A DNA stretch of 14,010 nt, taken from the NCBI GenBank assembly GCA_041694835.1, contig JBGFRZ010000024.1, positions 1 through 14,010 of the forward strand. The letters are read 5' to 3'. Shown here piece after piece: positions 7,939-14,010 of the stretch. Numbering within the stretch: the first letter of the stretch is position 1; each line of letters starts with the position of its first letter. Made by a program: the position numbers and the translations under genes. The notes below the pieces were generated by a model. The model was not told where the DNA came from. It saw only the letters and a program-made list of their open reading frames with translations, and did not search any database. Source of the DNA: Ignavibacteria bacterium (lineage in GTDB: Bacteria > Elusimicrobiota > Endomicrobiia > PHAN01).

Positions 7939-8706
7939 ATGGAGTTTTTTATTTTTATCTTGGGCTTGGTTTTCGGGTCATTTGCCAATGTCTGTATTTA
8001 CAGGATTCCGAACAACATTTCGATTTTGTCGCCGGCTTCGTCCTGCCCTGGTTGCGCTAACAAGATAAAATGGCACGATAACATACCCATTGTAAGCTAT
8101 GTCATTCTCGCCGGGAAGTGCAGAGTATGCAAAAATAAAATCCCGCTCATATATCCTTTGGTCGAACTCATTACCGCTATCGTTTTTCTATCGGTCTACA
8201 GAAAATTTATTTATTCAGATTTCTCCAATCAAACAATCGGAATAATTTTTTTTCTGCTGTTTACATGGACTCTCATAGTCATTTCAGGCATCGACTTTTA
8301 TCACAGGATAATACCCGATTTTTTTACATATCTTCTTATAGGTGTCGGAGTCCTGTTTTCGCCTTTGAACGACTTTCTCGGACACTCGGTAATCGGAAGA
8401 ATTATCGCTTCGACTTCCGGGGCTTTTGCTGGTCTTTTGTTCGGCATTTCAGTGTCTTTCATAGGCGAAAAGGCATTCAAAAAAGAAGCTTTCGGCGGCG
8501 GTGATGTGAAGCTTATGGCGGCCATCGGAGCATTTTTGGGTTGGTTAGCCGTTTTTAAGACGTTGTTTGTCGCCTCGATGGTGGGAAGTTTTATTTCTAT
8601 CTTCTTGATACTTCTTAAAAGAATAAAGAAGAGCGATTACATACCTTTCGGTCCGCTCCTGTCAGCCGGCGCTTTTTTTGTTTTTTTATTTTTAAAACCC
8701 GCTTGA
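7939..8706 (+). CDS. pilD: Prepilin peptidase/N-methyltransferase PilD
   Basis: GSFANVCIYRIP, CPGC..W.DNIP..SY..L.GKCRVC, catalytic Asp motifs IDFYHRIIPD and GGGDVKL, IPFGP. ATG 7939 chosen because the longer ORF runs through the terminator. Confidence 0.95.
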   Translation: MEFFIFILGLVFGSFANVCIYRIPNNISILSPASSCPGCANKIKWHDNIPIVSYVILAGKCRVCKNKIPLIYPLVELITAIVFLSVYRKFIYSDFSNQTIGIIFFLLFTWTLIVISGIDFYHRIIPDFFTYLLIGVGVLFSPLNDFLGHSVIGRIIASTSGAFAGLLFGISVSFIGEKAFKKEAFGGGDVKLMAAIGAFLGWLAVFKTLFVASMVGSFISIFLILLKRIKKSDYIPFGPLLSAGAFFVFLFLKPA

Positions 8707-8719
8707 AATTTGATAAAAT
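8691..8719 (+). promoter_or_regulatory. Putative promoter for tRNA-Arg/tadA
   Basis: TTTAAA (8691-8696), 17 bp, TAAAAT (8714-8719), with an extended TG at 8711-8712. Confidence 0.5.
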
Positions 8720-8797
8720 ATATGCGCCCATAGCTCGGCGGCGTCCTGCTCTTATATCGCTCAGTCGACGTGTCTGACGGAGATTATCCTGCAAAAA

Positions 8798-8871
8798 GCG
8801 CCGTTAGCTCAACTGGATAGAGCGTTTGCCTACGAAGCAAAAGGTTACAGGTTCAAGTCCTGTACGGCGCA
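8798..8871 (+). tRNA. tRNA-Arg (anticodon ACG), CCA not encoded
   Basis: Acceptor GCGCCGT/ACGGCGC, D arm GCTC..GAGC, anticodon arm TTTGC-CTACGAA-GCAAA, T arm ACAGG-TTCAAGT-CCTGT. Confidence 0.97.
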
Positions 8872-8928
8872 GTTTTCGGGAAATCAAAATGCCGACTCTT
8901 CTTTGGCGCGATTTTTCTTGAATATTAA

Positions 8929-9399
8929 GTGGAAAAACATAGAAGATTTATAGAAATAGCGATAAAGGAAGCAAGGAAGGCTCAAAGTTGTGGCGAAGTG
9001 CCGGTCGGCGCCCTCGTTGTTAAAGACGGGAAAATCATCTCAAAGGCACACAACCAATCCATCTTGAAGTCGGATCCGTCCGCCCATGCCGAGATAATAG
9101 CTTTGAAGAAAGCCTCAAGAAAGTTAAAAAATTATCGTCTTATAGGAACAAGCGTTTATGTTACAAAAGAGCCTTGCGTTATGTGTGTCGGCGCTTTGAT
9201 AACAGCCAGGGTCGAAGAAGTTGTCTTCGGTTGTTATGACAAAAGATTCGGCGCTTGCGTTTCAGTTTTTAACATAGCGGACAGCAAAAAATTGAACCAT
9301 AGAATAAAAATAATTGGTGGGGTTTTTGAGGAAAAGTGCCGCACCTTGCTCCAAAATTTTTTTAAGTGCCGTCGTAATAAATCAGCAAATAGCGAATAG
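8929..9399 (+). CDS. tadA: tRNA adenosine(34) deaminase
   Basis: GEVPVGA, AHN, DPSAHAEI, NYRL, YVTKEPCVMC, LNHR, FF near the C-terminus; GTG start. Confidence 0.95.
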   Translation: MEKHRRFIEIAIKEARKAQSCGEVPVGALVVKDGKIISKAHNQSILKSDPSAHAEIIALKKASRKLKNYRLIGTSVYVTKEPCVMCVGALITARVEEVVFGCYDKRFGACVSVFNIADSKKLNHRIKIIGGVFEEKCRTLLQNFFKCRRNKSANSE

Positions 9400-9450
9400 C
9401 GAATAGCAAATAGTAATAAGTTTTTTTACTAATCACTAATCACCAATCAT
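9384..9450. repeat. Two short heptamer tandem repeat tracts
   Basis: AGC(A/G)AAT x4 (9384-9411) overlaps the tadA stop; AC(T/C)AATC x3 at 9428-9448. Confidence 0.8.
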
Positions 9451-9461
9451 TGCTTTTATAT

Positions 9462-9817
9462 GGGGGCAAACAGGGTTCGACAGGGGTTTTGAACCTGAAT
9501 GGCAGCAGGCACGGTGTTGGTCGAGGGGCACCGTCAAAAAAATCGACCAAATACAAACGCCAATACAGAAATGGCGATGGCCGCTTAAAATCGGTCACGC
9601 GCTCCTTCCGACACCTGATAGGAGGGGATGCGCGACAAAATCAGGTTAGTTTGTATTCCGCTTGTTCCGTCGGATACAGATGAAATCAAAACGGGGCTGG
9701 CTCGAAGGCGGTTTTAGTCCGGGGACAGTTTTCGAGCGAGAATAATTCCGGAATAAGCCTGTAGAGACCGTTGGGTTGGACTTCTGGACGCGGGTTCGAT
9801 TCCCGCTGCCTCCACCA
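9462..9817 (+). ncRNA. ssrA: tmRNA
   Basis: Acceptor GGGGGCA/TGCCTCC with G3:U wobble and ACCA end; 5' TTCGAC; T arm GCGGG-TTCGATT-CCCGC; tag frame at 9559-9588 reads ANTEMAMAA-stop; 356 nt. Confidence 0.96.
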
Positions 9818-9922
9818 GGTTAGAAATAAACCGCCGACGGCGGGTTGACCTCACCTATGACGAAAACTGCCGATGTAGATATCTGTTAGACGCATTACAC
9901 GGCGTTCGTTGGAGTTTTTTGT

Positions 9923-10720
9923 ATGTCTGTTGTTTTTTTTGTAAATATCCTTGTGCCTTTAATAGCGGGGCTTACTTATTTCATAATGGCCGCAGAGATT
10001 AAGCGGGTGAGCAAAATCCGAAAGATTATGTTCGGAGAGCTTGGCTACAACAAGGCATTCAACGCTTTTCTTCTTTTCGGGATATATTTTGTAACCAGAC
10101 CTTTGCAGAATTTATTAGGGCATTATCCGTGGCCAATGATAGTAAACTCAGCCCGTCAGTTTTTTTTGATGGCCATAATATCACCTTCGATACTCGTCGG
10201 CATATTCCACTGGGTTCCTCTCGAAAAAGGAACGCCGAGGTCAGCCATTTTAGCTTCATATGTAGTTGGATTTATGATGGCTGTTATTTTCATACTGATA
10301 AATTCCATAGCTGTTGATGGCTCGAAAATTTTGACCACCTTTTGGGGAATAAACATACACGACGCCAAGTGGTTTTCAGAAGGCCCGGTTAACGTTCATC
10401 TCGTTGTGGTCCATTTGATTTCCCAGCTTGTCTCTCCCGTAGGTTTTTTTCTTCTTGCCGCAGCCTATGTTCGTCACCGTCGATATAACTATCCCACGGA
10501 TTCCATATACAATCTGATGCCATTGAAATGGAAATATCTGGAGACGGGCCTTCTGATTTTTGCTGTTTCGATGATTTTCGCTGGTCTTGCCGCGTTTTTG
10601 GGTCAGTACTACACTTATTTGTGGGTGATATATTTTGTCGGAGCCACCATCTCCGGAATAGTTGAATTGTTAGGTGTCAAAATCCCCCCGAGGCAACCCC
10701 CACCGGAACTTAGAACATAA
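9923..10720 (+). CDS. Hypothetical integral membrane protein, about 7 TM helices
   Basis: 265-aa ORF with GGAG 8 nt upstream and seven hydrophobic segments by eye. No family recognised. Confidence 0.85.
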   Translation: MSVVFFVNILVPLIAGLTYFIMAAEIKRVSKIRKIMFGELGYNKAFNAFLLFGIYFVTRPLQNLLGHYPWPMIVNSARQFFLMAIISPSILVGIFHWVPLEKGTPRSAILASYVVGFMMAVIFILINSIAVDGSKILTTFWGINIHDAKWFSEGPVNVHLVVVHLISQLVSPVGFFLLAAAYVRHRRYNYPTDSIYNLMPLKWKYLETGLLIFAVSMIFAGLAAFLGQYYTYLWVIYFVGATISGIVELLGVKIPPRQPPPELRT

Positions 10721-10838
10721 AACTATATCCTGAAAATTGGTATAAATATCAGGGCCAGATATGAAATAAGCATTGCGACAATACCGACGACATCGCCTAT
10801 TCTCAGCCAGCTTTTGAAGGCGATTTTAATATTTAAGG

Positions 10839-11010
10839 TCTGCTGATCCCGCCAAGGCGGGACTAAAATGCTAAAAATTCGAGCACTACAACTTAAACCT
10901 TTTACCCCGTTAGAAAAATCCTTTCTAACGGGGCACAGCAGAGACACTGGGAAAAATGAGGTAATTCAAGAACTACCCCGATTGTCATCGGGACAGGCTC
11001 CGAAATTACC
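10839..11010. repeat. Cluster of REP-like palindromes
   Basis: TCCCGCC-AA-GGCGGGA (10847-10862), CCCCGTTAGAAA-AATCC-TTTCTAACGGGG (10905-10933), CCCGAT-TGTC-ATCGGG (10977-10992). Enclosing pairs are TCTGCTG/CAGCAGA and GGTAATT/AATTACC. Confidence 0.7.
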
Positions 11011-11019
11011 GACGGAGAT

Positions 11020-11048
11020 TTGCAGAAAACGGCGATTTGTTGTATAAT
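11020..11048 (+). promoter_or_regulatory. Sigma70 promoter for tRNA-Ser
   Basis: TTGCAG (11020-11025), 17 bp, TATAAT (11043-11048), 11 nt before the tRNA. Confidence 0.7.
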
Positions 11049-11059
11049 TTAAAACAAAA

Positions 11060-11151
11060 GGAGAGGTCGCCTAGCGGCTTAGGGCGGCGGTTTGCTAAAC
11101 CGCTATCTCGATAAATCGGGATCGGGGGTTCGAATCCCCCCCTCTCCGCCA
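11060..11151 (+). tRNA. tRNA-Ser (anticodon GCT)
   Basis: Acceptor GGAGAGG/CCTCTCC plus GCCA; anticodon arm GCGGT-TTGCTAA-ACCGC; long variable arm; T arm GGGGG-TTCGAAT-CCCCC. Confidence 0.97.
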
Positions 11152-11335
11152 AGACCGACAAAGTAATAGAATGAAGTTTTTCGTCGATATCTTCCAAAAA
11201 CAATATTAAATTGTCAATTTTTATTTCCCACGGAGTTCCGAGCGAAGTATCATCATATTGAAATTAAAAGTACTGAAAAAAGTCATTAGCCATCGAAATC
11301 ATGAATGCTCGCTGAAATTTACAAAACCATATTTA

Positions 11336-11550
11336 TTTAGGACGCAGATTTACAGGATTGTCGCAGATAAAAAACCTCTTAACCACTCGGATTAAGTGGT
11401 GAGAATTAAGAAAAAAAACTTGGTTCTTAATTCTGTTTTTTCTGCGTATATCTGCGTTCAATTAGTTTTTAGGACGCAGATTTACAAGATGAACGCAAAT
11501 AATTCTTAAATCCTGTTGTTTCTGCGTTCATCTGCGTCCCATCAGTTTTT
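11336..11550. repeat. Two tandem self-complementary units built from ACGCAGAT-type nonamers
   Basis: TTTAGGACGCAGATTTACA is identical at 11336-11354 and 11468-11486. Each unit closes with ATCTGCGT(T/C)C (11450-11459, 11530-11539), complementary to its GGACGCAGAT start. Confidence 0.85.
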
Positions 11551-11648
11551 GTCGGGACAAATTTTGTGGCAATGTTTTTTTGTTCGTGTTAATTCGTAGT
11601 TACTGATGGTTCCAATTTTTTTACGGAGAGATGTGTAATCTAAATGAT

Positions 11649-12785
11649 ATGCACCAATTCAAATTAAACGAAACTTTTAAGAAAAAGTGTCTGAAATTTT
11701 TGACGACACTCATCTCAACAAAAAGTTTATCAAATGGCGAAAAATCCGCCGCGAAACTCGTCGCCGGAGAAATGAAGAAACTCGGCTACGACAGTGTGGC
11801 AATCGATGAGTGTCACAATGTGGTGGGAAAAATAGGAAACGGAAAAACAAAGCTCCTCTATGACGCTCACACGGATACCGTGGGCGTAGGCGATGAAAAT
11901 CTATGGAAAACTGACCCGTTCAAAGCAGTTATCAAAAATGGCAAAGTTTACGGCAGGGGCGCTTCCGACGACAAGGGTTGTGTCGCAGCGATGCTCTATG
12001 CGGGCGCTCTGCTCAAAAAACAAGAGCAGCCCGGCGATTTCACTTTGCTTGTTTCTGCGTCGGCGAAAGAGGAAATCGGCGGCAGAGAGTGGCTCAGATT
12101 TATAGTCAAGGATTTGAAGTTCAAACCGGACTTCGTCGTCATCGGCGAGCCGTCGGCGTTAAAAATAATTTACGGACACAAAGGCAGAGCGGAATTTAAA
12201 ATCAATGTAAAAGGCAAAGCGGTTCATGCAAGTATTCCACAAGAAGGTGAGAATGCAATTTATAAATCAATTCCAATTATCGAAAAAATTAAAAAACTAA
12301 ATTTATCTCTCAAAACAGGAAAACTCGGCAAAGGGGTTATTACCGTCACAAAAATAGAAACCAATTCGCCGTCAATCAACTCAATTCCTGAAAGTTGTTC
12401 GTTTTACATAGACAGAAGAACGATTGAGGGGGAAAACAAAAAATATGTCGTCAAACAAATTAAAAAACTTTTGGATAAAAATGGAAAAATTGAATATGGA
12501 AAATATTATACCCCCTGGCTTATGGATAAAAAATCTCAACTTCTCATAGCCGCCCAAAAAACATTTATTGAGTCGTTTGGCAAAAAACCAAAAATGGTCG
12601 TCTGGCCTTTTTGCACCAATGGGTCATTTACCATGGGGGACAAAAAAATTCCAACAATAGGTTTTGGTCCGGGTTCAGAAAAACAGGCACATACAGCAAA
12701 CGAGTCGATTGAAATTTCCGAACTTTTTGACGCAATAAAATTTTATTCATATCTTCCTCCAGTGCTTTGTGACAGAAATAGTTGA
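11649..12785 (+). CDS. M20-family metallohydrolase, YgeY-like
   Basis: YDAHTDTV, GRGASDDKG, KEE, GEPS, VHAS, FCTNG, IPTIGFGPG.E..AH. Start is 11631 or 11649. Confidence 0.88.
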   Translation: MHQFKLNETFKKKCLKFLTTLISTKSLSNGEKSAAKLVAGEMKKLGYDSVAIDECHNVVGKIGNGKTKLLYDAHTDTVGVGDENLWKTDPFKAVIKNGKVYGRGASDDKGCVAAMLYAGALLKKQEQPGDFTLLVSASAKEEIGGREWLRFIVKDLKFKPDFVVIGEPSALKIIYGHKGRAEFKINVKGKAVHASIPQEGENAIYKSIPIIEKIKKLNLSLKTGKLGKGVITVTKIETNSPSINSIPESCSFYIDRRTIEGENKKYVVKQIKKLLDKNGKIEYGKYYTPWLMDKKSQLLIAAQKTFIESFGKKPKMVVWPFCTNGSFTMGDKKIPTIGFGPGSEKQAHTANESIEISELFDAIKFYSYLPPVLCDRNS

Positions 12786-12834
12786 GCATTTTGGTTCGTT
12801 AAATTGTAGCCGCAACGCTCTCCCTTCCCAATGG

Positions 12835-13733
12835 TGTAAGAAATCGTCGCGTTGTTTACAGTTCTGATGAAGTGGTATAATAACCACAAGGAGGTCTGTA
12901 AACAGCGATATGGTAATACACAAAAGGGCACGCCTGACACCCTTACAACGTCAGGAGATCTTTGACAAATACAAGCAAGGCGCTCGTATCTGCGAACTTG
13001 CCGCAACTACAATGTCAGCCGTCCAACGATTTACAAAATAGTTTATCGTGGACGAAGTGGTGACTTTTATCACCACAAAAGCATTAACAAACGTTATCGG
13101 TGTCTAAAATATGGCATCAAGCGTTTAGCAAAGATAGAAGTAGTTCTTGAAGCCAAACTAAAAGCCGAAGCGCTCAGATACAACAAAAGTTATCCGGGCG
13201 AAATGTTTCACGGCGATATAGTTGCTCTGCCGTTACTTGCTGGAGAATCGTCAACGACAAAGCCCGAATACCTTTACATTGCCGTGGATGATTATTCCCG
13301 GGAACTCTATGCTCAGGTACTACATGAGAAAAGTCAACACTGCTCCGCCGAGTTTCTAAAACAAGTTCTTGACGAATGCCCTTACACGATAGAATGCTAC
13401 TACACTGACAACGGCAGGGAGTATCAAGGCAATCCGTCAAAGCATGAGTTTATGAAGCTCTGTCAGGAAAACCGCATAGAGCAAACGTTCACCATGCCCA
13501 AAACACCTCGCACAAACGGGAAGGCCGAACGTACAATTAGAACTATCAAAGAACTTTGTCATCGTAGAACGAGATTCAACAGCCGTGCGCACAGAAAAAC
13601 AGAACTTGTGCGTTTTGTTAATTATTACAACTCTGTCAAACCCCACAAAGGTATCGATGGTTTGACACCCACAGAGAAACTTTTAGAGTACTTTTATCCC
13701 GAAAAACTGTAAACAACGCGACGATTTCTCACA
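12835..13733 (+). mobile_element. IS481-family insertion sequence, 899 bp
   Basis: 29-bp terminal inverted repeats TGTAAGAAATCGTCGCGTTGTTTACAGTT (12835-12863) and AACTGTAAACAACGCGACGATTTCTCACA (13705-13733), 1 mismatch, TGT..ACA ends; encloses an rve-type transposase. Confidence 0.9.
12910..13712 (+). pseudogene. IS481-family DDE transposase with a -1 frameshift near 13001
   Basis: MVIHKRARLTP..RICELA from 12910 continues in the -1 frame as RNYNVSRPTIYK (HTH)..YPGEMFHGD..AVDDYSR..YTDNGREY..PRTNGKAER..YYN. The stop codon lies inside the right terminal repeat. Confidence 0.85.
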
Positions 13734-13842
13734 CATTAAACCATATAAAACGCCCTTCTGCCCTTGGCTTTCTCTTTCGGGATATAGAAGGAAACAAACC
13801 TGAAAATATTAAGGATAGCAATAAGTGATATTATTGTTTTAA

Positions 13843-13870
13843 TGTTCATAAAACGCGCGTTTAGAAAACA
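13843..13870. promoter_or_regulatory. Putative res/crossover-type recombination site
   Basis: 28-bp imperfect palindrome TGTT-CATA-AAACGCGCGTTT-AGAA-AACA just beyond the stop of the recombinase-like gene. Confidence 0.4.
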
Positions 13871-13889
13871 CACAAACGCATTGCCGGTT

Positions 13890-14009
13890 TCAGACGGAAG
13901 CGATTTCCTCTTTTTTGCCACCCCTTTTTTGAACACCCAACACATACCCCGGACTTACTTTCAGGCGTCGGGCTGTCTTGCGAATCCCGGTGCCTTTGCC
14001 CAGCAACTT
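13890..14009 (-). CDS. C-terminal HTH end of a probable serine recombinase/resolvase (partial, continues beyond the window)
   Basis: My translation of the minus strand gives KLLGKGTGIRKTARRLKVSPGYVLGVQKRGGKKEEIASV-stop, which resembles resolvase C-terminal HTHs. It is absent from the ORF track and only 39 aa are visible. Confidence 0.55.
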   Translation of the reverse strand, partial: KLLGKGTGIRKTARRLKVSPGYVLGVQKRGGKKEEIASV

Positions 14010-14010
14010 T

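Noticed and set aside
9450-9683. 77-aa plus-strand ORF
   Set aside because: It lies within the tmRNA gene, has a TTG start and shows no protein features.
9923-10720. Microbial rhodopsin
   Set aside because: There is no DxxxK retinal-binding lysine within helix 7.
10723-10947. 74-aa minus-strand ORF with a hydrophobic C-terminus (WLRIGDVVGIVAMLISYLALIF), faintly like the end of Lnt
   Set aside because: Its N-terminal half is translated palindromic repeats, there is no SD, and the similarity is too weak. A small membrane peptide or gene remnant is not excluded.
11006-11203. 65-aa minus-strand ORF containing AERGGFEPP
   Set aside because: This is the typical antisense translation of a tRNA gene.
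11152-11335. Possible gene remnant after tRNA-Ser
   Set aside because: Only short broken frames are present and I could not recognise any family.
11336-11550. CRISPR array
   Set aside because: Only two units, internal nonamer periodicity, no regular unique spacers and no cas genes.
12990-13010. Programmed -1 frameshift in the transposase
   Set aside because: There is no X XXY YYZ slippery run, the shift falls inside the HTH, and IS481-family transposases are normally single ORFs.
13736-13945. 69-aa minus-strand ORF
   Set aside because: It overlaps the better-supported HTH frame and the res-like palindrome and has no recognisable motif.

Overview
Bacterial chromosomal window, probably Elusimicrobiota (inferred from the pilin sequence style; not verified). 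The core part holds rpmB (-), recG, coaD and a type IV pilus cluster: a PilB-like gene with decayed ATPase motifs, pilT, pilC, a pilin with its own promoter and terminator, and pilD. Next come tRNA-Arg(ACG), tadA, tmRNA, a 7-TM membrane protein and tRNA-Ser(GCT). The last ~2.9 kb looks accessory: palindromic nonamer repeats, a YgeY-like M20 hydrolase, an 899-bp IS481-family element with a frameshifted transposase, and the 3' end of a probable serine recombinase next to a res-like palindrome. Intergenic DNA is rich in small hairpin/MITE-like elements of several families. Top observations: (1) an intact PilB-like ORF keeps its MshEN-type N-terminus and Zn-finger but has lost the catalytic motifs; (2) tRNA-Arg(ACG), the TadA substrate, sits directly before tadA and is nested between the 5' and 3' ends of a second, degenerate tRNA-like shell; (3) MITE-like elements, one with a 5-bp target duplication, occupy the recG-coaD gap.
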